A program made the translations under genes and the position numbers. The notes under the pieces are model-generated. The model was not told where the DNA came from. It ran no database searches and saw only the letters and a program-made list of their open reading frames with translations. A stretch of DNA of 64,000 nt from Octopus sinensis (Eukaryota): the NCBI RefSeq assembly GCF_006345805.1, contig NC_043001.1, forward strand, positions 134,106,001-134,170,000, given 5' to 3'. Of the stretch, positions 25,391 through 37,827 are shown piece after piece; position 1 is the first letter of the stretch, and every line of letters starts with the position of its first letter.

Positions 25391-26649
25391 GATATGTGTA
25401 AGCAGGCTCAGGGAGAAAGTAAGGAAGAAAAACCCACAAGGACTTGTGATATATTTTTTCTTTTTGGCTGAAACGTGATGGAGCAGCATCCAATAATCTG
25501 TATGGTCTCCCAAGACTGGGTAGAAACAGCAAGAATGGGAAACCATGACTAATGATGGCTTATTGCTGCAGGAAACAGCACAACACAAAATTTGAAGTTA
25601 TCTTGAAGGCACAGGCATGGTAATAAGCATGTGAAACAAGGCATCATTGCTCATATCAATCCCAGGATCACGCATTCACTCATTTTTATTTCCTTTCTTG
25701 AAAATAATAGAATACAAAGAAAATAACATTGCTGCTCCTACAATGACAGAAAGCAAGCAGTAAAAAATTTACTTTCCCTTCCCTATGTTTCCCTATGTTG
25801 ACAACTTTATGCTCAGGATTGAAGGAATATGAAATAAAAATAAATATGACTACAAGGAATCTAGTGAAAAGTATCAATAATCAATTATATATAACACAAA
25901 AATTATTTATCATGGAAAAATAGTAAGGCATGCATTGCATACATAAGACACTTTGTCCTTGGCTGCCTCATATATATATATATATTTGATTCACCATGAT
26001 TGATCACTAGCCACTAAACCTTTTTGAAGAGAGCAGAAATTGAAAGAGAAGAGAAAGTGAAACCACGACATTTGCTTTGAAGTGAGAGCAGAAAGTGAAA
26101 GAGAGGAGAAAGTGAAAAATGTATGTACATATGAAATGGATGTGTGTGTGTGTGTGTGTGTGTGCGCATGCTCATGTGTGCATGTGCGTGAGAGCGAGAA
26201 GAGAGGGTGAGTGAGTGAGTGAAGGTGTGTGTTGTCATGTATGGGTAAGTGGCACTCACTTGGTCTCTCTCTGTCTCACACACACATCTTTCATATACGC
26301 ATGCGTAAATAAATATGCATACATCTTTTTTGTATATATGTGTGCGTATGCACGTGAAAGAGAGTGAGAGCGATTTACTGTCTTTCATCATAACATATAA
26401 AGAAATGGAGGTCTTTTAAAGTATGCACTCATATAAAAAAATGTATATTGCTGTCGTCATGGTATAAAATGTTGAGATGGTTGACTTATAGAAAAGATTA
26501 TAATGTAAAATTCTTGTAATGCAAATATCTAAATGAAAATTAAGTTTATTTGGTTTCCAATACTCCATATGTCAAAATCAGCAACTCAGTTTTCAAATAC
26601 ATAAGGAAGATACACATGCACACACACAAACTCTCTTTTATATATATGG

Positions 26650-26975
26650 AAGCCATTCCTGTCAGTTGTTCTCCCTCTCTCTCACATTCCCGGTGTGTCG
26701 ATCACTTTCTGTCTCCTCCCCTTCCCTGATATCAGCCACCCTCATTATGCTACATTTTCCTAAACCTAACACTTTTGCACCCCTCTCATTTTATCATGTA
26801 ACAGCCCAACCCCCGTAGTCAATCCATTATCGATTTATTGAAGTCCAATTCGCCTATAATTGAATTGGATGTTAGTGCAACACGTATACAAAGTTTGGTG
26901 AAGATTGGTTCACTGGTTTGGGTTGCAAGATGGTAACAGACGGACAGACAGACATAAATTGCAAATTATATAAGA
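26650..26975 (-). mobile_element. Decayed Helitron-like fragment (5' part)
   Basis: The CAAAGTTTGGTGAAGATTGG...GACAGACAGAC...TATATAAGAT pattern parallels the 5' end of 1941-2446. Confidence 0.45.
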
Positions 26976-27037
26976 TATATGTCTATCTATATATACATAC
27001 ATACACACATGCACATATATAGATAGAAAGATAGATA

Positions 27038-27264
27038 TAGAGGGGGTGCAAAAGTAGATATACAGTATGTATCACATCAATGTTATAATGTTTAATTCAT
27101 TAAAATTATTAGCGCATTAAATTAGTTAGCTTCAGTTTTGATATTTTCAAATCATGATAATACATTCATTATAACTATAGCAATACTTTTATCGTGACAA
27201 TTATTTTGATAAAAATAAATGAGTATTGTATTTGTTTTCTTAACTACTTTTGCACCGCCCTGTA
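27038..27264. mobile_element. Tc1/mariner-type MITE
   Basis: TA-flanked TIRs: GAGGGGGTGCAAAAGTAG and the reverse complement of CTACTTTTGCACCGCCCTG. Confidence 0.6.
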
Positions 27265-27465
27265 TAATAAAATATATATATAAATATATATATAATATAT
27301 AATATATATAATATATATATATATATATATAAACATATATAAACACACACAACACACACATATATATATATATATAAACATATATAAACACACACACACA
27401 CACACATATATATATAAACATATATAAACACACACACATATATATATATATATAAACATATATAA

Positions 27466-27496
<31 letters not shown>

Positions 27497-27497
27497 A

Positions 27498-27528
<31 letters not shown>

Positions 27529-27529
<1 letters not shown>

Positions 27530-28067
27530 CCAGTAAATATCGGTACTTCGTTGTGCCATATATTTACTTCTATGTATAATTTTCCCTCACGGGCTATTCT
27601 TTACTGGAAAGCAATACTCTCGTATTGCATTACTAATTTATTGAAACTTCTTCACCGTTCTCGTTCTGTTAGCGTTTCGGCGTTTCAGTCGAGTGTATTG
27701 GCATTAATGTGGTAACATCTGAAATGTTGTCGTGGTATATGTTTGGCTGATGAAGATAGATCAAGTATATGAGTGCAGGCATATCTTGAAAAATCTGAAA
27801 CCGGCGCCGGTCCCACATTATCCTTTTCTAGGTATTTCATCTTTCAGATGTTCTCCCTGGAGGTAAGAAAATTTTTTTCAAGTTTGTTGCACTCACGCAT
27901 TTTTGCTAGTACATACGCGGTGAAGCTATACATTAGCGTCGTATTATTACGTTCGCTATTTCCAGTAAATATCGGTACTTCGTTGTGCCATATATTTACT
28001 TCTATGTATAATTTTCCCTCACGGGCTATTCTTTACTGGAAAGCAATACTCTCGTATTGCATTACTA

Positions 28068-28073
<6 letters not shown>
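27529..28073 (+). mobile_element. Hammerhead-carrying retrozyme/Penelope-like element: 432-bp unit with 113-bp terminal direct repeats
   Basis: 27529-27641 is identical to 27961-28073; CpG-rich; flanked on both sides by TA-rich microsatellite; contains the hammerhead at 27737-27821. Confidence 0.75.
27737..27821 (+). ncRNA. Type I hammerhead ribozyme
   Basis: Core: CUGAUGA 27747-53 and GAAA 27797-27800. Stem II: AGAU/AUCU + UCAAG/CUUGA + AUAUG/CAUAU. Helix III: ACCGGCGCCGGU 27800-27811. Cleavage triplet: GUC 27810-12. Stem I: AUG(UU)UGG/CCACAU. Confidence 0.85.
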
Positions 28074-28143
<70 letters not shown>

Positions 28144-28629
28144 TTGACATGGGCAATTCTTACTAGTCTTGGGCAAATGGCTGGGTGGAATTGCGCGAAA
28201 AATTACACAGATGTGTAAAAGGATCCGGTTGTGATGCTGGGCTTTGTATTTTTTTTCATAGTTCCCATGGTTACTGAGATAATCAACTATAATAATACTC
28301 TTGTGTTTATGAATGAGAAAGGAAGGAGTGATAGATGAATAAGGAAGGAAGGGGTGATGTCATACATTGAAGTGGGATGGTGAAAATTGTACGCTGAAAA
28401 AAAAATCAAACAATGTTTCAACTCTGTGTGAATATGTGTGTGTGTCTGTGTGTATGTGCAATGGAAGTGGAATGGCTCATCTCTGTTCACTTAGTATCTG
28501 GGTTTATTTTTTGATTTGATTGAATCTTGGTTATTGTTTCTTTTTTGTTGGTCAGTTATTTTTAGCGTTTTGACAGAACAAAGTCATTCTAAAATTGTTT
28601 TTTAACGTAAGCATGCCCAAACAAGTTGA

Positions 28630-29762
28630 ATGCTTACACAGCACAGGTTTTACAGCCACATCCTCCAAACTGACAAGGAGCTCAGAAAATAGACACCATC
28701 ACATGCCAGGGGGAGAAACTAGAAGTTGTTGATAGCTTCCGCTATATAGGTGACGAAGTCTGTAGTGGGGATGGATGCTCAGAGAGTGTTACCACTGGAA
28801 TAAGAGTAGCCTGGGCAAAGTTCAGAAAGCTTCTACCCCTACTGGTGACTACTTGCTCAGAGTGAAAGGTAGATTGTATGATGCATGTGTGCGAACCGCC
28901 ATGCTTCACGGCAGTGAAACATGGGCCATGACTGCTCAAAAGAAGTGAAGCTAGCACGATTCACTGGATGTGTAATGTCAGCGTGCACAAACAACAGAGT
29001 GTAAGCACCTTGAGAGAAATGCTAGACATAAGAAGCATCGGATGTGGCGTGCAAGAGAGACGTTTGCATTGGTATGGTCATGTACTATGGATGGATGAGG
29101 AGAGCTGAGTGAAGAAGTGCCCCTCCTAAACAGAGGAAGGAATCCAGGGTAGAGGGAGACCCAGGAAGACATGAGATGAGCCGTTGAAGCATAACCTTCA
29201 AATGTTGGGCCTCACAGAGGCAATGACAAAAGACCGAGACCTTTGGAGGTATGCTTTGACTGAGAAGACCCGGCAAATAAAGTGAGTCCACAGCTGTAAT
29301 CTACACCAGTGTTGCATAACCAGCCCACTCAAAGTACCTTGGATCGTAGGGTGACATGCTGTGCTTGAGGAGACCTATTGAGTCAAGTACATCAACATCA
29401 GCAATATCAAAATCAAATCAAATGGAAAGTGTAGTTGTGAGCCCCATGCCGGCAGCACATAAAAAGCACCAGCCGAATGTGGCCGATGCCAGTGCCGCTT
29501 TGACTGGCTTTCATGCCGGTGGCACATAAAAAGCACCATCTAATCATGGTCAATGCCAGCTCCTCTGGCCCCTGTGCTGGTGGCACGTAAAAAGCACCCA
29601 CTACACTCTCGGAGTGGTTGGCATTAGGAAAGGCATCCACCTGTAGAAACACTGCCAGATCAGATTGGGGCCTGGTGCAGCCTCCTGACTTCCCAGACCC
29701 CAGTCGAACCGTCAAACCCATGCCAGCATGGAAAACGGATGTTAAACGATGATGATGATGAT
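28630..29762 (+). mobile_element. 5'-truncated degenerate RTE-clade LINE
   Basis: Translates as KLEVVDSFRYIGD...AWAKFRKLLPLL...KGRLYDACVRTAMLHGSETW...RLHWYGHV...RGRPRKT..., then the 3' UTR and (GAT)n tail; contains stops and deletions. Confidence 0.9.
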
Positions 29763-30607
29763 ATGGAAAAACAGATATGATGATGATGATTATATATCCA
29801 AAGAGATAAAGGATGAGTAGAGGTGAAAAGAGGAAAGTAAGGAAAGGAGAGGAGGAAGAAAAAGAGAGATACTTCAAAAACAAAAAGATGTGTACGAATG
29901 TAATTCTATGTGCAAATGTGAATGTGTTTTGTGTGTGTGTGTGCATGCGCATGTGTGTGTGTGTAAATGTCTATATCTGTAGGTGTGTGTGTGTGTGTGT
30001 GTGTGTAAGATGAGAGATAGATATGGTGAGAATTATTATCAGTGTTAGAAGTATTCCAAATATATCAATACATCAAAGACTTTTTATCTTATTGCTGAAT
30101 TTAATCAGGTTGACCTCCAACATTAGAATGGGAGAATGGTGGAATGGTAAAGAGAAGTTATTCACAGCAGTTCTGTATGCAGCATTCTTAGAAGCCAATA
30201 AAATGGTCCACACAACTGAGATACATTTTTGGTTCCTGAAAATTCCACAAGATTTTTAGATCCCCCCACCCACTTCTTAATTGCTTATTTTTATGAGACT
30301 AACTAAGCTTTTAGAACTGACCTGTTACAATCATAGGCACTGTCTGTCTCTGCTCTTTCTAAGCATTTTAGAGGAACCTGACTTATGAGAAGTACTAGCC
30401 AAAATTCATTTATATAGAAGAGTCATTAGATAACATAGACCTACAGACTCTAAAATACACAAGATGATCATGGCTGGAATGTCTCTGATCATAGATTTGG
30501 TCAATGGGGCTGTCTGAGAGCTAAATAACAGCAACTTATTACAAAAAATGAGGAGTATGGAAATAAGAAGTACAAAGAATATGCCCTTTTATAACAAAAT
30601 AGAGAGA

Positions 30608-30899
30608 TCATCATCATCATCATCATCACCGTTTAACGTCCGTTTTCCGCGCTAGCATGGGTTGGACGGTTCGACCGGGGTCTGGGAAGCCAGGGCTGCA
30701 CCAGGCTCCAGTCTGATCTGGCAGTGTTTCTACAGCTGGATGCCCTTCCTAACGCCAACCTCTCCGCGAGTGTAGTGGGTGCTTTTTACGTGCCACCTGC
30801 ACAGGTGCCAGGGGGGTCTGGCATCGGCCACGATCGGTTGGTGCTTTTAACGTGCCACCGGCATGGAAGCCAGCCAAGGCGGCACTGGCATCGGCCAAT
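30608..30899 (-). mobile_element. Family B RTE-tail element
   Basis: (CAT)n at the left end; family match. Confidence 0.85.
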
Positions 30900-31140
30900 T
30901 GCCAACAGTGATGCATGTAGAGGATAGCCAGTAGGTAAAGAAGTGCTAAGCACCCCAAGCGAATGGAACTTGTATCTGAGGAAGAGGCCAGCAAAATATA
31001 GGAGGATGAAGTGCTGAAAACTGATCTCAAGAAGCAGAACATCACAGAAGGAAATGACAAGAGACCATAATTTGTGGTGAAGCACCATGATGGAGAAGAG
31101 CCACTTAAGCCATGTAAGCATGAAAAGAAAAGAAGAAAAT
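30900..31140 (+). mobile_element. Old RTE-like ORF C-terminal fragment
   Basis: Decayed RGRP...W.EVLKTDLK...T.EMTRD pattern. Confidence 0.5.
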
Positions 31141-31272
31141 AGAAAACCTGACAAAAATGATGGTAGTGATGGAGTTTGGGAACTACATTTGGCTCTCTTG
31201 CAACCATCACTTCATAATGCATTGCCATAAACTGCTCTCCTCTCTCTTTTCATTACTCTCTTATCTATCATA

Positions 31273-31503
31273 TGTTTCTTTATTACCTACAAGGGGCTAA
31301 ACATAGAGGAGACAAACAAGGACAGACAAACGGATTAAGTCGATTACATCGACCCCAGTACATAACTGGTACTTAATTTATTGACCCCGAAAGGATGAAA
31401 GGCAAAGTTGACCTCGGTGGAATTTGAACCCAGAACGTAACGGCAGACGAAATACGGCTACGCATTTTGCCCGGCGTGCTAACGTTTCTGCCAGCTCGCC
31501 GCC
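31273..31503 (-). mobile_element. SINE family C with TSD
   Basis: TTATCTATCATA is duplicated at 31261-72 and 31504-15. Confidence 0.9.
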
Positions 31504-32383
31504 TTATCTATCATAGCCCCCACCACCACCATCATCTTTCCGACCAATTCCCCTCCCTGCTATCATGTGTGTTGTGAGGAATGGTATCACGTTAGAAATG
31601 TCTATGTTTAATCTCCCCCTATATTTATTGTTACTCATCTCTCTCTCTCTCTCTCACATACACATTCTCTTTCAGTACATCCTCTTCCATCATCATGTCT
31701 CACTTTCACTCCTCTCACACATGACCCTTTATTTTTTCACTAAGATAGGTGAAAGGAGGCAGGGGAATTGTCCTCAAACTGAAGACCTGGTCCAAGTGTC
31801 TGTCACAAAAAGAGTAAACTCCTCTAAAAGCACCCAAGAACCAGATGATGACATTAAACTGGACAATGGATTGTCCACCACACATGTCTGGACAAGATAC
31901 TTTCATTAGTTTACCCAACTGAATCTAAAATGAGATTTGCCGTTAACTTGCATAACAACAGAATGTTCAGAGACAAATTCCAAGTGTTTAAGCCCCACAA
32001 GTTCAGAGAATTATTATGTGTAGCAGAATTGGATATCTCTAATAAAACCAAGTAGGAACCAAAGCAAAAAAATCTTTGAGATTGTTTCAAAACTTCAATG
32101 ATTAAAAAAAAAAAAGAATGGTGCAAAGAATATGAAGTGACTATGTCAGTTATTTCAATGAAGATTAGTTGGATTAGAACTTACTGAAGGAACATTAAGA
32201 ATACAAATGTTAAGAAGCTGCTATGTATAAAGACAGAAATGGTTCTGGTAATAGTAAGATCAATGTGAGAGACAGTACATCCTCTGGTGAACATGTATCC
32301 TGTTTAAACAAGCAACACACATATACCAGCAATACAAATAAACAAAACATTTTAAAATTTACACAGCTATACATATATATATA

Positions 32384-32889
32384 TCTATATATATAAAACT
32401 CTAGTTGTGTGAGTGTCTGTCCCCTTCGATTTAGATTCCTAACTCCTCCCACATTTTGCGGTGCAGTTTAACCAAATTCGGGTATCTTATAGTCGTGATT
32501 CATATCGAGCCCGTCTGACTATTAGCGCGCGTCAACGATGAGTCTACGATTTAAAAATAATTTAACATCATTTTTTTATTCCATTTTAATGCATAAAATG
32601 CATCGTATGTCGATGGCGGCGGAGTTGGCGTCCACGCTCACAGCTGCACCTGTTTGCTTCTCCCCCTTCCCTCCCTCGTGAAGCTGTGGGGAAGGGAGTG
32701 TAAAGAAATCAACGTCGTAATGCGTTGTGAAGGAAACCAGCGTTCTTTTAGAACAACGACTTCATGGCTTGAAGACACCAAAACAAAAATGGCTAAGAAA
32801 GCCCGAATTTATAAGGGAAGTAACTCTCTAAAAATGCTTATATAGTTATTTCCCTTACAAACCTGAGCAACGCCGGGCGATACTGCTAG
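32384..32889 (+). mobile_element. Non-autonomous Helitron
   Basis: A|TC start, subterminal hairpin CCTGAGCAACGCCGGG, CTAG|T end; same family as 57266-57664. Confidence 0.85.
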
Positions 32890-32914
32890 TATATATATAT
32901 ATATATATATATAT

Positions 32915-33116
32915 CGATATCAGGGTAGCAAAAAATTCAAGAGAAATTTTTCGCCACCAGCGGTCCAGTGAGAAAGAAAAAATAGTCAACAGACTATATA
33001 ATATACATTCAACAATATTAAGGAATGGCCTTGATAGGCCATTCGACCCACTAGAAAGAGCAGCTAAACTCAAACCGCTAAATAGTTGTAATTCAGAAAC
33101 CAAAGAAAATAAAAAC

Positions 33117-33120
<4 letters not shown>
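32915..33120. repeat. Unclassified repeat-like fragment embedded in (TA)n
   Basis: Complex 200-bp segment between two TA tracts, in a context like 24453-24660; no ribozyme core seen. Confidence 0.35.
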
Positions 33121-33158
<38 letters not shown>

Positions 33159-33676
33159 TGTATGTATGTATGTATGTATGTATATGCTGACTCACATCAG
33201 CAGTACTATCATCTTTATTCATTTCCTTTTTTTGTTTTTTTTTGTTTTGAGGAAACACATTAGAAGAAACTGCAAAATGGTTTCTTTCTAAGTTCTTCAG
33301 TTGTTGGTCATTTCCTATGCTAATTTCAACTTACAACATTCCTAGATACACTTGGCCTACTTCAGACCTAAGAAAGTTCTTCAATATCAAAATATTTCTT
33401 TATCTAATTCTCATTTCTCATCACATGACTATCCCAATCTTTTGCAGACAGAATCTTGTGCTTCTAAAAGCAAAGAAAAAAAGAAAAAAGACTACCACTT
33501 TCTCAACTGACCTAAATTCCATCTGTGAACTTTTCAAAATAAAACAGCTGTATGAAGAACCAAAACAAGAGCACTAGACATAACCAAACCTAATTATTTG
33601 TAAAATCAAAATGTTACTCACGGTCTCAGTCTGCAACTAATCAAGTTTTCAAAACTTCTACACAATATCAAAAGTG

Positions 33677-33710
33677 TCTTACCTGAAAATAAGGGGAAAA
33701 AATATTAATT
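33677..33710 (-). other. Candidate recursive splice site (AG|GT)
   Basis: Minus strand reads AATTAATATTTTTTCCCCTTATTTTCAG|GTAAGA; junction at 33683/33682. Confidence 0.4.
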
Positions 33711-35479
33711 AAGCTTCATTTATTTTTATCATTAATCTTTAAAAAATATAAAATACAGGTGCAGGTATGGCTGTGTGGTAAGAAGCTTACTTCCTAACCA
33801 CATGGTTCCAAGGTTCAATACCACTACATGGCACCTTGGGCAAGTGTCTTCTTCTATAATCTGGCCACAGTTTAGTGAGTGAAACAAGTAAAAGAATACA
33901 CAATAATTATACAAGATTTCATTTTTCTTTTCCATAAGACTTTCAGATTGAAATGCAAATTAGTAAAACTAAGAAGTTTTGACATAAACCAAAATTCTGC
34001 TAGTTGAAGGATACCAAAAATTGTTCTAACCTTAAAATATAAATTAAAAATTTACACTTAAAAAAATTTTTTAAGTCTAATTTGTTTCATCAATTTTGAA
34101 TTTATCATCTAAATTTCAGTTTCTCCTTGAATTTTAATCTTAGTTTCAATTTGAATTTGGATTTTCTCCAACACATAATTTTAAAAGAAAAAAATGGGTT
34201 TTATCATTTTAATATTTCAAACTGAAAAACATAATTTCAATGTTTGGGTGGTCCAGCAAAGTGACATTTTAAGGTATTATTTCATCTGAGTAGCTGAGGT
34301 GAGTAATTTCTCTGAAACATTTCCGATTAGACAGACAGACTCACTCACTCTCACTTTATCTATCTATCTATCTATCTATCATTTCCAGACCATTTTACAT
34401 ATACTGTATGTTGGGATCTGAAAATATATAAAAGACATTCTGCAATAGAATCAACTAGTGAAATATGCTTTTCTTGAGAATGAAGTGGCCAGACGGGTAA
34501 CTTATGTTACAGTTTTTAAAACATTATAATCCGAAGGCAAAAAATAATATATATTTCTATTTTATTTCTTTTTTTTGTGATAATAGATAGTGAATAGTAG
34601 ATTTACAAAACACAGTGCATTGGACAAAATCCTTTTAGAATTTAGTTACAGCCCTTAATGTACTGAGTTCCAATTCAAGAGGGTCAACATTGCTATCCAA
34701 AACCAGTAATAAATTGGAACTTTATATAATGTCTTTTTCCCCACTCTAAAATTTATGATCTTATACCGATGTTAGAAATTATTATTAGAATGAGATCACT
34801 CATTAGTATTCTCCAGTTCCTAGCCTATAGACACGTTATCTAGTCTTTGACCTTTTCTAGTGCTACTATGATGGCCTCTGCTTCTCAAAGCTTGCTGGCT
34901 TCACATCACATTCATTTAGGCACTTCTGACACCCTCATTTCTTCTCCTCTTGTTACCTATATCAGACACAAGAGACCCCTTAAAATACAGTACAAAACAC
35001 TATGCCTGTTCTTTTCAGACTGTCACCCCTAGGGAATTTCTTGTCTTGCATATGTATCTTTTCCTGCAATTACTGACTTGCAGTAGTTCAAGAGGAACAT
35101 TAAACATTAATGACATCAACACAACCAGTCATGGAGAATTTGCACAGGCCATGGGCTCAGTTCCTTACCTTAGACCCAAAGTTCTCAAACTTTTTGGGGC
35201 CACCACCCTCTCCCATGGCCACATAATACCCTCAGCACCCCCCCTACTTTTATGTATAAATAAATATTTAATATTTTACTAATTTATATATACTATGAAT
35301 CATTTGATATTTAATACAAGCAAGATGCCCCCTCCCCGTCCAATTGATGGTGCTGAGTTGTCAAACATTTAAACCAAATTTTCTCAAAACAACTTGTCCG
35401 ACTGTCCCATAGGCCTCCCCTTTGAGAAACACTGATTTAACCTAAATTTGAGACACCAGCAAAAGATGAAATAAAGATA

Positions 35480-35776
35480 GACTTTATTCCAAAGAAAAAC
35501 GATTTTATTCACACAAATTTGTGCAAATTGCGCCGCATGCAATTTTCTCACGTACGCACAGTATTGATTGCAAAGGCTGATGTACTTGCACTTACAAATG
35601 CAGGTTCCCGCGGCTTTATCGATCGCATTCTCACCTGGAATCAATTTTTGTAATTTTTTCAAGACTTATACACGCCCTGATACCATTGGTATCTACATAT
35701 CAAATTTGAGCACAATCAGATGGAGGATGCCCGAGATCCTAGAAGACACACACACAGACAGACCGGATTCTATATA
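35480..35776 (-). mobile_element. Helitron-like fragment (5' part)
   Basis: The minus-strand start TATATAGAATCCGGTCTGTCTGTGTG...CAAATTTGATATG resembles the other Helitron 5' ends here. Confidence 0.45.
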
Positions 35777-35782
35777 CTGTTT

Positions 35783-36170
35783 TACTGTTTTACTTGTTTC
35801 AGTCATTTGACTGCAGCCATGCTGGAGCACCGCCTTTAGTCGAGCAAATCGACCCCGGGACTTATTCTTTGTAAGCCCAGTACTTATTCTATCGGTCTCT
35901 TTTGCCGAATCGCTAAGTGACGAGGACGTAAACACACCAGCATCGGTTGTCAAGCAATGCTAGGGGGACAAACACAGACACACAAACATATACACACATA
36001 TATACGACAGGCTTCTTTCAGTTTCCATCTACCAAATCCACTCACAAGGCATTGGTCAGCCCGGGGCTTTAGCAGAAGACACTTGCCCAAGTTGCCACGC
36101 AGTGGAACTGAACCCGGAACCATGTGGTTGGTTAGCAAGCTACTTACCACACAGCCACTCCTGCGCCTAT
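35783..36170 (-). mobile_element. Family A SINE
   Basis: Full-length family match. Confidence 0.9.
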
Positions 36171-37143
36171 CTAAGAGTATAATAGATATTATATAATTTT
36201 TATACAATACTATAATAATATTGTAGTATTGTAGCGTCCCCCAATCTACTGCCTTCTCCCCAATGCCTCCTTTTTCTCTAAGCATTTTGGAGCATTAAGT
36301 TCAACCCTGAGAAAACTATCATACCAGCTTTAGTAACTGCATTATCCCAGTAGCATGACAAACTGGGTTAACCTAGTTGTGACAGCTCGGGTTAACCCAC
36401 TTGTTTGACAGAATTAACTTCTGCTTGATCAAGTCTGACAGAGCTAAATTACAACCTGAAGAATTTCTCAATTTCACACACATGCACCACACACTTTATG
36501 AACTAGATTTATCCACATTAAGCAAACTTTAGAGGAATTAGCAAAGCAGATAGTGGTTATGATTTTCACATTTCCAAAGAAACCTCTGGCTTATTCTGCC
36601 CTTTTTTTTTAATGCAAACCAAACAGTAAAATATAAGTTACATTATTTTTTTATAACCAATTCATATATATACCTTGGTATACACACACTCACACACATA
36701 TATATATGTGTGTGTGTGTGTGTATACACACATACATACCTATAAATATATACACACATACATATAAATACATACACACATCCAGCTGTCATAAGAATGA
36801 TATATTACTGCTATTTTATTTCATTACTTTAATCAATGCACTATGCTAATTATTTTTAGAAATAAGCTTTTTCTTTTCATTGAAATCAAAATTTGGAAAA
36901 GAATTCATACATCTCTCCTCCTCTTGTCCACCCCCACCATATCAGGGTGAAAGTGGAATATAAGTAAAGACTTAAGGCAGTAAATAGGGTTTATTCATGT
37001 TAAATCAGTCTAAAATAGAAGTATTCTCCTCCCCCAATCTCTCCATCTCTCCCTATCAAGCTGTCTTCCTAGCTATCTCTCTCTCTCTACCTAGCTCTCT
37101 CTCTTTCTCTCTATCTACCTCGCTCTCTATTTCTATCTACCTA

Positions 37144-37182
<39 letters not shown>

Positions 37183-37651
37183 CTACTTAGTTCTCTCTTT
37201 CTCTATCTATCTATCTCTCTATCTACCTAGTTCTCTCTTTCTCTCTACCTACTTCTCTTTATATATCCCTTTAAATCAAGGTCAAACTTCAGAGGCAATG
37301 GGCAAATCCCTTTAGGAAATAAGATATATTATTGAGTAAGAACTTACATTTTAAGACATTTAATACCGTACAAAAATAGAGGTAATTATCATCATCATCA
37401 TCATCGTCTTTGTCACCATTAAAAAACAAAAATTAGCAAATTAATTTTGAAATATTGAGGAAAACGATTCTTGCAGAAACATGGTACTGCATGGGACAAG
37501 TACTTATTCATAGTATGTGAGTGTACTTAAGTGTATGTGTACGAGTGTGCCTATGTTGTGAGGAGAGGAGAATATATGTCAGTATATACGCAAGGATAAA
37601 TGCACGTGTGCATGGGTGTGTGTTTAATTGAGCATGTTTATGTTTGTAAAT

Positions 37652-37699
<48 letters not shown>

Positions 37700-37827
37700 A
37701 TATACATGTATGTTTGTATTAGTTTAAATAATTTAAGTGCAAACTAAGAGGAAGTTGTAAATTGGTAAATTTCAGGAATCAACTCAACAGTTGCAGTCTC
37801 ACAAGAAATACGATCATTTCTTTCCAT

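Noticed and set aside
27152-27559. Cys/Val/Tyr/Ile-rich ORFs
   Set aside because: Translations of compound (TA)/(CA) microsatellite.
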